Shown piece by piece: positions 1 to 9,943 of a DNA stretch of 48,215 nucleotides (position 1 is the stretch's first letter; each line of letters starts with the position of its first letter). Position numbers and translations under genes: made by a program. Below the pieces are notes generated by a model, which did no database searches, was not told the DNA's origin, and was given only the letters and a program-made list of their open reading frames with translations. Source of the DNA: Actinomycetota bacterium. GTDB taxonomy: Bacteria > Actinomycetota > Nitriliruptoria > Euzebyales > JAHELV01. Location of the stretch: the NCBI GenBank assembly GCA_019347695.1, contig JAHWKT010000005.1:1-48215 (forward strand), in the 5' to 3' direction.

Positions 1-207
1 GGTCTCGCGGGTCTGGCCATAGCTCCACGTCTCGCCGTCGGAGATCAGGCATGGCCGGTCGGCGTCGGTATCGCCCAGCAGCGCCTCCGCGCAGTTGAGC
101 ACCTGCGGATACTGCAGCTCGGGTAGGTCGAACAGCACATCGGGCAGCTGCTCGACTGGCGGCAGGCTGTCGATCGTGAACGTGTCGACGTGCGCCGACG
201 TGGTCAT
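1..207 (-). CDS. Aryl-CoA ligase (2-aminobenzoate/benzoate-CoA ligase, AbmG-like), N-terminal part; runs off the window
   Basis: Manual translation from ATG 207: MTTSAHVDTFTIDSLPPVEQLPDVLFDLPELQYPQVLNCAEALL...TWSYGQ, the typical start of this ligase family; divergent from the beta-oxidation genes. Confidence 0.8.
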   Translation of the reverse strand, partial: MTTSAHVDTFTIDSLPPVEQLPDVLFDLPELQYPQVLNCAEALLGDTDADRPCLISDGETWSYGQTRET

Positions 208-254
208 GGTCGCCTCCCGGCATCGGCTGGTGCTCACCGTAGAGGCGTCCCGGA

Positions 255-275
255 CGTCACTCAAGACCCGTGACG
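255..275. promoter_or_regulatory. Inverted repeat CGTCAC-N9-GTGACG in the divergent promoter region; possible operator
   Basis: 6-bp arms between ligase and acyl-CoA dehydrogenase; short, so could be chance. Confidence 0.3.
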
Positions 276-358
276 GTCGCCACGGTGGCGCCGCACGTCG
301 CCGACCGCGAGGCGCCATCGGTTAGCATCGTGGGACCGGTGGCGACCAGCGAGGACAC

Positions 359-1516
359 GTGCAGGGCCTGAGCGACGAGCACCGCCGCATGCGTGACGAC
401 GCGCGCGGGGTCGCACGTGACGAGCTGGCCCCCATCGCCACCCGCGGACCCCACGGTCGCGTGAACCGCGACCTGGTTCGGGCGCTGGCCGACCACGGCA
501 TCCTGCCCGCGCTGTTCCCGGCCGAGCTGGGCGGGACGGCGGCCGAGGGGGTCTCGGCGACCGCGCTGTGCGTGCTGCGGGAGGCGATCGCGCGCCAGTC
601 GGTGACCGCGGAGACCACGCTGGCGGTGCAGGGCCTTGGGTCCTACCCGATCCTGCAGTCGGGCACCGACGACCTGCGCGCACGCTGGATCCCGCCGGTG
701 GCCAAGGGACAGGCGGTCGCCGCCTTCGCGCTGACCGAACCCGGTGCCGGGTCGGACGCCGCCGCGCTGGCGCTACGCGCCGAGCGCGACGGCGACGGCT
801 TCAGGTTGACGGGCACCAAGACGTGGATCTCGCATGCTCCGGACGCCGACGTCTACACGCTGTTCGCCCGGACCACGCCGGACGCGGGCGCGAAAGGCGT
901 CACGGCCTTCGTCGTGCCCGGCGATGCCACTGGCCTTCGCGGGGCGCCGATCGAGCTGCTCGCACCCCACGCGATCGGCTCCCTGGAGCTCGACGGGGTG
1001 CGCGTGCCCGCCAGCGCCGTGCTCGGCGAGGTCGACCGCGGGTTCGCAGTGGCGATGCGCACCCTGGATCTGTTCCGGCCGAGCGTCGGCGCCGCCGCGG
1101 TCGGGATGGCGCAGGCGGCGCTCGACGCGGCACTCGACCACGCCGACCATCGGGAGTCGTTCGGGCAGCGGCTGCGCGAGTTCCAGGCGGTCGCCCACCA
1201 GCTCGCGGACATGGCCACCCGCCTGCAGGCGGCGCGGCTGCTGGTGTTCGACGCGGCCGCCGCGCACGACGCCGGGGGCGGGCAGGTCACCGGGCAGGCG
1301 GCGATGGCCAAGCTGTACGCGACCGAGACCGCCCAGTTCGTGATCGACGCGGCGGTCCAGATCCACGGCGCCGCGGGCCTCGAGCGCGGTCACCTGCTCG
1401 AGGAGCTCTACCGCGAGGTCCGAGCGCTGCGGATCTACGAGGGCGCCTCGGAGATCCAGCGCACGATCATCGCCCGTGAGCTCTATCGTGACCGGCGGAG
1501 CACCGACGGTGGGTGA
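359..1516 (+). CDS. Acyl-CoA dehydrogenase
   Basis: FALTEPGAGSD, GTKTWIS, QIHGAAG and IYEGASEIQR motifs. Confidence 0.95.
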   Translation: MQGLSDEHRRMRDDARGVARDELAPIATRGPHGRVNRDLVRALADHGILPALFPAELGGTAAEGVSATALCVLREAIARQSVTAETTLAVQGLGSYPILQSGTDDLRARWIPPVAKGQAVAAFALTEPGAGSDAAALALRAERDGDGFRLTGTKTWISHAPDADVYTLFARTTPDAGAKGVTAFVVPGDATGLRGAPIELLAPHAIGSLELDGVRVPASAVLGEVDRGFAVAMRTLDLFRPSVGAAAVGMAQAALDAALDHADHRESFGQRLREFQAVAHQLADMATRLQAARLLVFDAAAAHDAGGGQVTGQAAMAKLYATETAQFVIDAAVQIHGAAGLERGHLLEELYREVRALRIYEGASEIQRTIIARELYRDRRSTDGG

Positions 1517-2282
1517 CGCGGCCCGCCCGGACCGACGGGCGCTGGTGACCGGCGGCAGCAGAGGCATCGGGCTGGCCGTCGTCGAGCGGCTCGCGGCCGA
1601 GGGGACCGAGGTGGTCGCCCTGGGGCGCGACACCGACGCGCTCGGCGCGCTGGCCGCGACCGCCGACGACCGTGGCTGGCAGGTGCAGACCGAGGCGTGC
1701 GACGTCGGTGACGAGGGCGCCGTCGCCGACCTGTTCGCGCGGGTGGGACCGGTCGACGTGCTCGTGGCCAACGCCGGCATGTCGGCGTCGGCGCCGGTGC
1801 ACCGCATCACGCTCGACGACTGGAACCGACACCTGCGCGTCAACGCGACCGGCGTGTTCCTGACCGTGCGGGCCGCGCTGCCCGAGATGCGCGAGCGCGA
1901 CTTCGGGCGCATCGTCGTCGTGGCGTCGGTCGCCGCACTCCACGGGGCGCCCTACATCGGGGCCTACGCCGCGTCGAAGCACGCGGCACTCGGCTTCGTG
2001 CGCGCCGTCGCGGCGGAGGTCGCCGGCTCGCGGGTCACCGCGAACGCCGTCTGCCCCGGGTACGTCGACTCGGCGATGACCGACCGCAGCGTCGCGAACA
2101 TCGTCGAGCGGACCGACCGCGACGAGCGCGACGCCCGCGCGTTCCTCGAGCAGCAGCAGCCGCTGGGTCGGCTGGTCGAACCCGCTGAGGTGGCGGCGTC
2201 CGTCGCGTTCCTCGCCTCCGACGCTGCGGCACCGATCAACGGGCAGACGATCGTGCTCGACGGCGGCGGGGTGCAACACTGA
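1509..2282 (+). CDS. Short-chain dehydrogenase/reductase (3-hydroxyacyl-CoA dehydrogenase-like)
   Basis: TGGSRGIG, ANAG, YAASK, NAVCPG; GTG at 1509 preceded by GGAG. Confidence 0.93.
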   Translation: MGDAARPDRRALVTGGSRGIGLAVVERLAAEGTEVVALGRDTDALGALAATADDRGWQVQTEACDVGDEGAVADLFARVGPVDVLVANAGMSASAPVHRITLDDWNRHLRVNATGVFLTVRAALPEMRERDFGRIVVVASVAALHGAPYIGAYAASKHAALGFVRAVAAEVAGSRVTANAVCPGYVDSAMTDRSVANIVERTDRDERDARAFLEQQQPLGRLVEPAEVAASVAFLASDAAAPINGQTIVLDGGGVQH

Positions 2283-2308
2283 CGTCAGCCAACCCAGGAG
2301 CTGCGACC

Positions 2309-3133
2309 GTGACGTTTCGAGCAAGCGCGCCGTTGACGACGGAGTGGGAGCACTTCGACCTGGGCATCGACCACGGCGTGGCGACGGTGACGTTCGCGCG
2401 TCCCGACAACCTCAACGCGCTGACCTTCGAGGTGTACGCCGACCTGCGTGACCTGCTGGCGCAGCTCCCCGAGCGCGATGACGTCGACGTGCTCGTGATC
2501 ACCGGCACCGGGCGCGGTTTCTGCTCGGGCGGTGATGTCCACGAGATCATCGGTGCGCTGCGCGGCATGGACACCCGCGGGCTGCTGGAGTTCACGCGGA
2601 TGACCGGCGCGGTGCTGCAGCGGCTGCGCGAGATCCCACTGCCGGTGATCGCCGGCGTCAACGGCGTCGCGGCCGGTGCCGGCGCCGTGATCGCCCTGGG
2701 AGCAGACATCCGGGTGCTGGCGCGGTCCGCGTCGCTGCACCTGCTGTTCACCCGCGTCGGGCTGTCGGGCGCGGACATGGGCATCGCCTACCTGCTGCCC
2801 CGACTCATCGGGTTGGCACGCGCAACGGAGCTGCTGCTGCTGGGCGACCGGGTCGACGCCGACACCGCACTGGAGTACGGGCTGGCGAGCCGGGTCGTCG
2901 ACGACGACGAGCTGCCGGACGCGGTTGGGGCACTCGCCCGGCGTTTCGCGGACGGCCCGACGCTCGCGTACGGGGCGACCAAAGCACTGCTGACCCGCGA
3001 GCAGGACATGAGCCTGCAGGCCGCCGTCGAGACCGAGGCGCTCACGCAGGCGCTGCTGATGACCTCAGCCGACCACGCCGAGTTCTACGAGGCCTTCTCG
3101 GATCGCCGTGAGCCGAGATGGACAGGGCGCTGA
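2309..3133 (+). CDS. Enoyl-CoA hydratase/isomerase family protein
   Basis: GRGFCSGGD, GVAAGAG, LSGADMG; AGGAG RBS. Confidence 0.93.
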   Translation: MTFRASAPLTTEWEHFDLGIDHGVATVTFARPDNLNALTFEVYADLRDLLAQLPERDDVDVLVITGTGRGFCSGGDVHEIIGALRGMDTRGLLEFTRMTGAVLQRLREIPLPVIAGVNGVAAGAGAVIALGADIRVLARSASLHLLFTRVGLSGADMGIAYLLPRLIGLARATELLLLGDRVDADTALEYGLASRVVDDDELPDAVGALARRFADGPTLAYGATKALLTREQDMSLQAAVETEALTQALLMTSADHAEFYEAFSDRREPRWTGR

Positions 3134-3134
3134 G

Positions 3135-3554
3135 ATGAACGGCTCGCCACACGAGATCGTCAACCCGTCCACGCTGCTCGACCCCGTCGGGTTCTCCCAC
3201 GCCGTCGTCGCCGCACCCGGGCGCACCATCCACCTCGGCGGACAGACCGGCCACCGCCACGACGGGTCGCTGCCGGCGGGCCTGGTCGCACAGTTCGAAC
3301 AGGCCGCGGGCAACCTCGCGACGGCGCTCGAGGCCGCGGGCGCGCGGGCCGAGCACCTCGTGTCGATCCAGGTGTTCGTCACCAGCGTCGAGGACTATCG
3401 GGCGAACCTCGAGCCGCTGGGCGCCGTCTACCGTCGGCAGCTCGGCCGGCACTACCCCGCGATGGCGCTGTTCGAGATCGCGCGGCTGTTCGACGCCGAC
3501 GCGCTGGTCGAGCTCGTCGCGGTCGCCGTGGTGCCCGACGACGACCGGGCATGA
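3135..3554 (+). CDS. RidA/YjgF/YER057c family enamine deaminase
   Basis: GFSHAV, LGGQTG, HYPAMALFEI, LVEL motifs. Confidence 0.9.
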   Translation: MNGSPHEIVNPSTLLDPVGFSHAVVAAPGRTIHLGGQTGHRHDGSLPAGLVAQFEQAAGNLATALEAAGARAEHLVSIQVFVTSVEDYRANLEPLGAVYRRQLGRHYPAMALFEIARLFDADALVELVAVAVVPDDDRA

Positions 3555-4663
3555 CCGCGCGGTACCTCGTCCTGCGGACGTCGCAGGACACCGCCGGGGT
3601 CCCCGACCGCTGCCGGCAGTGGGCGCAGCGGGTCCGCGCCGACGTCGCGGTGCTGGGTCCGATCGGACCGGATGACCTGCGCGCGCGACTCGAGCACGAC
3701 GACTGCGCCGGTGCGGTGCTCGAGCTCGCACGTGTCGCCGACGACGCCACCGTGGCCGCCGCCATCGCGCGCGCGGCCTACCCGGTCGTGGCCGTCAGCC
3801 GCGAGGCAGTGGCCGGTGACCGCAGCGTCGTGGAGGCGGCGTGCGCCCACGTCTTCGCGGGTCGCGGTACCGGCGGGTTCGTGTGGGGCCTGTGGCATCT
3901 GCATGCCCTGCACGAGCACCCACCCCGGACCATGTCGTACGGTCCCCATCCGGCACAGGTCGCCGATCTGCGGACACCCGTCGACGCCGCCCGGCCGGTG
4001 GTGGTGCTCGTCCATGGCGGGTTCTGGCGCCACGAGTGGGAGCGCGACCTGATGGACGGCCTCGCACTCGACCTGTCGCGCCGCGGCTACGCGACGTGGA
4101 ACGTCGAGTACCGGCGGGTCGGCGAAACGGGCGGTGGCTGGCCGCAGACCGGTGACGACGTGGTGCGCGCGGTCACGGCGCTGACGATCCTCGCCGACGA
4201 CGGTGTCGACCTCGAACGGGTGGTGCTGCTGGGGCACTCGGCCGGGGCGCAGCTCGCGTTGCGCGCGGCCGCCGAGCTGCGCGACCGGGGGCGCCCGCCC
4301 GCCCTGGTCGTCGCGCTGTCGGGGCTGCTCGATCTCGGGTCGGCTGCCAGCGGCGGCGTCGGCTGGGGATCGGTGGAGGCGTTCGTGGGTGCCGGTCCCG
4401 AGGAGGACCCCGAGCGCTACCGCGACGCGGCGCCGATCGCCCACCTGCCGCTCGGGGTTGCGCAGCTGCTCGCCCACGGCACCGCAGATGCCCACGTGCC
4501 GCCCGCGCAGAGCGCGGGGTACGAGGACGCTGCCCGGACCGCCGGCGATCACATGGAGCTGGCCCGGCTCGACGACGCCGACCACTTCGCGCCGATCGAC
4601 CCGACGTCGACCGCGTGGGCGACGATCGCCGCCGCAATCGAGCGCAGGGTGCCGCCGGGCTGA
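3551..4663 (+). CDS. Alpha/beta hydrolase (HGGxW, arylformamidase/kynurenine formamidase-like) with a degenerate N-terminal type II dehydroquinase-like domain
   Basis: HGGFW, NVEYRR, GHSAG, HGTAD, DHF in the C-terminal part; first ~120 aa follow the AroQ pattern; ATGA overlap with ridA. Confidence 0.8.
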   Translation: MTARYLVLRTSQDTAGVPDRCRQWAQRVRADVAVLGPIGPDDLRARLEHDDCAGAVLELARVADDATVAAAIARAAYPVVAVSREAVAGDRSVVEAACAHVFAGRGTGGFVWGLWHLHALHEHPPRTMSYGPHPAQVADLRTPVDAARPVVVLVHGGFWRHEWERDLMDGLALDLSRRGYATWNVEYRRVGETGGGWPQTGDDVVRAVTALTILADDGVDLERVVLLGHSAGAQLALRAAAELRDRGRPPALVVALSGLLDLGSAASGGVGWGSVEAFVGAGPEEDPERYRDAAPIAHLPLGVAQLLAHGTADAHVPPAQSAGYEDAARTAGDHMELARLDDADHFAPIDPTSTAWATIAAAIERRVPPG

Positions 4664-4708
4664 CCTCGACGCCGGGACCCGGGCGACCCGGGGCCACCTC
4701 GGATGGCC

Positions 4709-4729
4709 TGCCGTGCACCACGCACGGCA
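4709..4729 (+). terminator. Hairpin after the catabolic operon
   Basis: TGCCGTGC-accac-GCACGGCA, 8-bp stem without U-tract. Confidence 0.4.
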
Positions 4730-4952
4730 ACTGTCCACCCCACGAGCCGTCGATGTCGTTGGATTCCTCTCGGCGGCCGCCACCAGCGGTCGCCTGCGGC
4801 GTATCGTGCGTCATCGTCCACGAACCGGGCTCGGTGAACATCCGGGACGCCCCGGGGATCCCCCCGGACCCATCCCTCCCCCGCATCGGGTTTGCCGGTC
4901 GGCGCGCGGGACAGGGTGACACGACGAGACGATCACGACGGTAGGAATCGCG

Positions 4953-6041
4953 ATGGCTGACGAGCTGGCACGCCTGGAGTTCGATCTCGGACCCAACGAG
5001 GCCTCGGGGCTCGAGACCTTCGACAACCAGCGTGTGCTGGCCGACCACGACTGGGACCTGGCCTTCTGGGCGGTGCTCGACGACATCGACGTCCACGACG
5101 CCATCGGCGTGATCGGACACCGCCAGGGCGAGCCGCTGCGCCGCGGATGGGAGGCCGAGCGCCTGCACGCCACCCATCCGGAGGGGTTGGGCCAGACCGA
5201 GGACGCCGAGGCGGTCAGCCGTCACCGCGGCTGGGTCTACATCTTCGGCTCCCACTTCGGCAGCAAGGACGGGCCGCTGCAGCGCAAGCGCCAGTTCGTC
5301 GCGCGGTTCACCGAGGACGACGTGGTCGACGCCTTCGGTGGCGACCCGATCGAGCTGGAGGTCCGCCACACGGGCCTGACCGATGGGCTGCACCGGGTGG
5401 TCAACGACGGGTTGGCCGAACGCGGACTCGACCTGCTGGCGCCGGGCCCGAAGGTACGCGCCGCGTTCTGCGAGGTCGACGACGACACCCCCGACAACAT
5501 GCGTCCAGCCGACAGCGACCAGCCGATCAACATCGAGGGCGTCGCGTTCCTCGCGGACGGCACCACGTTCCTGGGCCTGCGCTGGCCGGTGACCGAGGAC
5601 GGACGTCCACTGATCGTCGCGGTCGCCGGCATCCCCGAGTGGTTCGACGACGGGGACCTGCCACGGGTGACGGCCGTGCACGTCGTCGATGCCGTCGGAC
5701 GCAACGGCACGCTGGCGGGCGTCCGCGACCTCTCGGCCGCCGGCGGGCGGATGCACGTCGTCTCGGGCAACATCGACAGCCGCGACAAGGGCAGCGTGCT
5801 CCTCGAGGACCACCCGGAGGGCGCCGATACGGTCAACACCCACTTCAGCTGTGCCCTGCCGCCGATCGACCGCGACACCCGCCTCGACGCCCAGCTCGAG
5901 CGGGAGTTCCCCGACATGCCCCGCATCGAGGGCCTCGCCGTCGACTTCGGCCATGTGTTCTACGTGTCCGACGAGGACGAGGGCGTCGACATGCGCTTCA
6001 CCCGTTTCGTGGTCGCCGACGACTCGACCTCGAACACGTGA
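4953..6041 (+). CDS. Acidic hypothetical protein, predicted beta-propeller (DUF3616-like)
   Basis: Repeated blade motifs DAEAVS, NIEGVA, RIEGLA; GSHFGSK; LGLRWP. Confidence 0.65.
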   Translation: MADELARLEFDLGPNEASGLETFDNQRVLADHDWDLAFWAVLDDIDVHDAIGVIGHRQGEPLRRGWEAERLHATHPEGLGQTEDAEAVSRHRGWVYIFGSHFGSKDGPLQRKRQFVARFTEDDVVDAFGGDPIELEVRHTGLTDGLHRVVNDGLAERGLDLLAPGPKVRAAFCEVDDDTPDNMRPADSDQPINIEGVAFLADGTTFLGLRWPVTEDGRPLIVAVAGIPEWFDDGDLPRVTAVHVVDAVGRNGTLAGVRDLSAAGGRMHVVSGNIDSRDKGSVLLEDHPEGADTVNTHFSCALPPIDRDTRLDAQLEREFPDMPRIEGLAVDFGHVFYVSDEDEGVDMRFTRFVVADDSTSNT

Positions 6042-8518
6042 CGCCTCCTACCGGGCCGGCCGACGATGCACCGCGGCCGGAGCGTGCGCACGACATCGAT
6101 CGGCTGGTCGCGGCGCTCGAGCTCGAGCAGAAGGTGCGGCTGCTGACGGGCGCGAGCTTCTGGACGACCTACGCCGAGCCCGCGGTCGGGCTGCGCAGCA
6201 TGGTCATGTCAGACGGTCCGGTCGGCGTGCGCGGGACCGGCTGGGACGAGCGCGACACGTCGGCCACCCTGCCGTCACCGACCGCCCAGGCCGCGACCTG
6301 GGACCCCACGCTCGTCGCGCGCCTCGGCGAGCTGCTCGCCAGCGCGGCGCGGCGCAAGGACGTCGACGTACTGCTGGCGCCGACCCTCAACCTGCCCCGC
6401 TCGCCGCTGGCGGGACGCCACTTCGAGTGCTACTCGGAGGACCCCCTGCTGACCGGCGCGATCGCTGCCGCCTACGTGCGCGGCGTGCAGACCGGCGGAG
6501 TGGGCACCACCGCCAAGCACTACGTCGCCAACGACTCGGAGACCCAGCGGTTCACGCTCGACGTCGCCGTCGACGAGCGCGTCCTGCGGGAGCTGTACCT
6601 GGCGCCGTTCGAGCGGGTCGTGCGCGACGCCGGCTGCTGGCTGGTCATGACGGCCTACAACGCCGTCAACGGCCACTCCATGACCGAGAGCCCGCTGCTC
6701 GACGATCCCCTCACGGCCAGCTGGGGCTTCGACGGGGTCGTGGTGTCGGACTGGACGGCGGTCCGCTCGGTCGTGGCGTCAGCGTCGGCCGCCCAGGACC
6801 TTGCCATGCCCGGACCGCACAGCCCGTGGACCGACGGGCTGGTCGACGCGGTCCGCGACGGGCAGGTCGACGAGGCGACCATCGACCGCAAGGTGCGGCG
6901 GTTGTTGCGGCTGGCCTCGCGGGTCGGTGCCCTTGACGCGGTGCCGGTCACCGGCCCACGGGCCGCGGCGATCGGGACCGACGACCAGCGGCGCCTGCTG
7001 CGCGCCGCCGCGGCCGCGGGCACGGTGCTGGTCCGCAACCACGGCCCGTTGCTGCCACTGGACCCGGCGACGCTGCAGCGGGTCGCCGTGCTCGGTCCCA
7101 GCGCCGCGTCGCCGCGCATCCAGGGCGGCGGCAGCGCCGCAGTGACGCCCGAGGTGGTCGTATCGCCGCTCGACGGCATCCGAGCGATGCTGGGCCCAGA
7201 TGTGGCGGTGGACCACGCGGTCGGTGCACGCATCAGCCGCGGCCCCGAACCCGTCGACCTCGACGACGTCACGGATCCGGTGACCGGCGAGCCCGGTCTG
7301 CGTGTCCGCCTGCTCGACGCCGACGGCGTCGAGCTGCGCAGCGAGCAGCGGCTGGCCGGCACGCTGGTGTGGACCGCCGACGAGGTGCCGCCCGAGCTGG
7401 CTGCGGTGGAGGTCCACACCCGGCTGTGCGCGGACGTCTCCGGGTGCTGGCAGGTCGCCGTCGCGGGCAGCGGCCACTTCACCCTCGACGTGGCGGGTGC
7501 CACGCTGGTCGATCAGCACATCGAGCCCGAAGCGGATGATCCGGCCGCGGTCATGCTGGCGCCGCCGTACCGCGGTGGCAGCGTCGACCTCGTCGAAGGT
7601 GAGACGGTCGAGGTCGGGGTACGGCACCGGGTCGAGCACATCGAGATCGGTGTGACGGTCGTGCTCGGCGTCGAGCGCCCGACGCCGTCCGACGAGGAGG
7701 AGCTCGACCGGGCGGTCGCCCTCGCGGCAGACGCCGATGCGGCCGTGGTCGTCGTCGGCACCACCGAGCGGATCGAGAGCGAGGGATTCGACCGGACGAC
7801 GCTGGCGCTGCCGGGACGACAGGACGAGCTCGTGGCCTGCGTCGCGCAGGCGAACCCGTCAACCGTGGTGGTGGTCAACGCCGGCGGACCGGTGCTCATG
7901 CCGTGGCGCACCGACGTCGCCGCGGTGCTGCTCATGTGGTTCCCAGGACAGGAGTTCGGCGGCGCGCTCGCCGACGTACTGGATGGCACCATCGAGCCCG
8001 GCGGCAGGCTGACCACCACGTGGCCGGTGACCGAGGACGACGCGCCGGTGCTGGACACCACACCCGTCGACGGCACGCTGGTGTACGACGAGGGCCTCGA
8101 CATCGGCTACCGGGCCTGGCTGCGCAGCGGCCGGACCCCCGCGTACTGGTTCGGGCACGGCCTCGGGTACACCACCTGGTCGTACGAGGCGATCGCGGTG
8201 ACGGCGACCGGACACGGCGCCCGCGCGCAGGTCCGCGTCACCAACGCCGGGCGATGTTCCGGGCGCGAGGTCGTGCAGGTGTACCTGGCGCGTCCCGACT
8301 CGGCCGTCGAGCGCCCGGTCCGCTGGCTCGCCGGCTTCGCCGCGGTCACCGCGGAGGCGGGCGCGTCGGTCGAGGCGACCGTCGACCTGCCCGCGCGAGC
8401 CTTCGCACACTGGTCGACCGACCGGGGCGGATGGATGGTCGAACCGGGCACCTGGCACGTGCTCGCCGGCCGCAGCGCCGCCGACCTGCCGTTGACCACG
8501 ACGCTCGAGCGACGCTAG
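6038..8518 (+). CDS. Glycoside hydrolase family 3 beta-glucosidase with PA14-like insert and Fn3-like C-terminus
   Basis: SDGPVGVRG, GRHFECYSEDP, KHYVAND, VVSDW, ESEGFDR, FGHGLGYT; GTGA overlap with the upstream stop. Confidence 0.93.
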   Translation: MTPPTGPADDAPRPERAHDIDRLVAALELEQKVRLLTGASFWTTYAEPAVGLRSMVMSDGPVGVRGTGWDERDTSATLPSPTAQAATWDPTLVARLGELLASAARRKDVDVLLAPTLNLPRSPLAGRHFECYSEDPLLTGAIAAAYVRGVQTGGVGTTAKHYVANDSETQRFTLDVAVDERVLRELYLAPFERVVRDAGCWLVMTAYNAVNGHSMTESPLLDDPLTASWGFDGVVVSDWTAVRSVVASASAAQDLAMPGPHSPWTDGLVDAVRDGQVDEATIDRKVRRLLRLASRVGALDAVPVTGPRAAAIGTDDQRRLLRAAAAAGTVLVRNHGPLLPLDPATLQRVAVLGPSAASPRIQGGGSAAVTPEVVVSPLDGIRAMLGPDVAVDHAVGARISRGPEPVDLDDVTDPVTGEPGLRVRLLDADGVELRSEQRLAGTLVWTADEVPPELAAVEVHTRLCADVSGCWQVAVAGSGHFTLDVAGATLVDQHIEPEADDPAAVMLAPPYRGGSVDLVEGETVEVGVRHRVEHIEIGVTVVLGVERPTPSDEEELDRAVALAADADAAVVVVGTTERIESEGFDRTTLALPGRQDELVACVAQANPSTVVVVNAGGPVLMPWRTDVAAVLLMWFPGQEFGGALADVLDGTIEPGGRLTTTWPVTEDDAPVLDTTPVDGTLVYDEGLDIGYRAWLRSGRTPAYWFGHGLGYTTWSYEAIAVTATGHGARAQVRVTNAGRCSGREVVQVYLARPDSAVERPVRWLAGFAAVTAEAGASVEATVDLPARAFAHWSTDRGGWMVEPGTWHVLAGRSAADLPLTTTLERR

Positions 8519-8990
8519 CGGCCGGCGAGGTCGTCCATGATCGACGGCTCGATCAGGACGCTGTCGACCGCGTGGACGACGGCGTTCGACGCCGCGATGT
8601 CGGGCTCGACCACCGTCGAGTCCTCGAAACGAACACGCCCCCGTCGACGGTCGCCTCCACGAACCCGCTGACCGTGCGCACCCGACCCTCGGTGACCTCC
8701 TCGGCGGGCAGCATCGACAACACGATGTGCTCGTCGAGCAGCAGACCGTGCAGCGTGTCGAACCACCCGTCCTCGTGGAGCACGTCCAGCACCAGGCCGC
8801 CCTCCGGCTCACCGGTGACGACGAGGTCGGCGACCATGCCCTTCATGAAGTTGGGCTCGCCACGCACGGAGGGACGGTCCTCGAGCCGAGCCCCGCCGCC
8901 GCGTCCTCGAGCATCTGCTGGCGCCACTCGTCGATGTCCGCATCGTCGGTCATCGTGTCGTACAGCGCGTAGCGGCCCGGCGTGTCGAAG
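8515..8990 (-). pseudogene. Fasciclin-domain protein remnant (frameshifted, internally deleted)
   Basis: LDVLHEDGWFDTL and VVEPDIAASNAVVHAVDSVL (FAS1 H2 motif) in different frames. Confidence 0.65.
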
Positions 8991-8999
8991 ATCATCGGG

Positions 9000-9260
9000 C
9001 CGACCCGACGGCCCGACCCGACGTCGACGGCCACGACCGTCGGTGCGTCCACCTCGTCGGGCACGTCGACGCGCCGGACGCCGTTGTGCGTGGCGATGGC
9101 GAGCAGCGTTCCGTCGGGACTGAACGCCAGGCCGCCGGACCGGGCGCCGGCACCCTCCAGCGGTGCACCGATCCGTCGGCCGGTGTCGCCGTCGATGACC
9201 ACGACGGCACCGTCGTCGGTCTGCACGGCCGCCAGTGCGCCGTCGGGCGAGATGGCCAGC
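9000..9260 (-). pseudogene. WD40/beta-propeller protein fragment
   Basis: GLAFSPDGTLLAIA and DGDTGRRIGAPL repeat motifs; no proper start or stop. Confidence 0.55.
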
Positions 9261-9264
9261 GCCG

Positions 9265-9359
9265 CCGTCGATCATCCGCCGGTCCACGTCGGCCATCTGT
9301 GCCGAGGTCAGCCGGCCGATCGCCGCGGCGGAGACCGCGGGGTACACGTCGGTGCGCAT
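9265..9359 (-). pseudogene. NAD(P)HX epimerase (YjeF-N/NnrE) N-terminal fragment
   Basis: LTSAQMADVDRRMID resembles the TxxQMxxxD start of YjeF-N; truncated after about 30 aa. Confidence 0.45.
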
Positions 9360-9852
9360 GTCCATACTGTGCGCCGCCGCCGCGCGCGTCACACCTGCGC
9401 GCTACACCATGACACGTGGCGTCGGCCCCCATGGCGCCGACAGGCGAGGGAATCACCGGGGGTGAGCGGACGGTTGTCCCCAGGCACGCCCCGGACAGCG
9501 AAGGGCGCCGGCATGCCCACCACGATTCGCTCGTCATCGGCGCCGACCGAGGTCGTCGAACAGGCGCTGGGCGCCCCGTGAGCACCGACACCACACCGCC
9601 AGCGCGCGAGTTCCTCGCATCTGACATGGTGCTGCCCGAGATGGCCGAGATCGGCTCCAGGCGCGCAGCGGAGTACACGTCGGCCAGGTGCTGGTGCTCA
9701 GCGGCGCGCTGCTGTTCACCGAGGTCAACGTCGAGATGCCGGCGACCCTGCTGTCGGGCGCGCTGGGCAACTTCGCGGAGCCTGGTTCCACGAAACACGC
9801 GGCGGACCGGCTCCGCCGGGCAGAGACTCGTGGTCGGGATGGCGGCGCGACG

Positions 9853-9884
9853 CACGAAAGCCCCGCCGGGGCGGGGCTTTCGTG
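9853..9884 (-). terminator. Intrinsic terminator downstream of cspA
   Basis: CACGAAAGCCCCGCC / GGCGGGGCTTTCGTG inverted repeat. Confidence 0.85.
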
Positions 9885-9943
9885 GAGTTGGGTAGGTCGT
9901 GACACGGTGCCTCACGGCGGGGCACGACCACGCACAGGTGCAG

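Noticed and set aside
5147-8518. 1123-aa ORF as a large fusion protein
   Set aside because: The first ~297 codons are an off-frame shadow of the 4953-6041 gene; the GH3 starts at GTG 6038.
9578-9850. Membrane protein fragment (FUSC-like)
   Set aside because: Too short and broken to assign a family.
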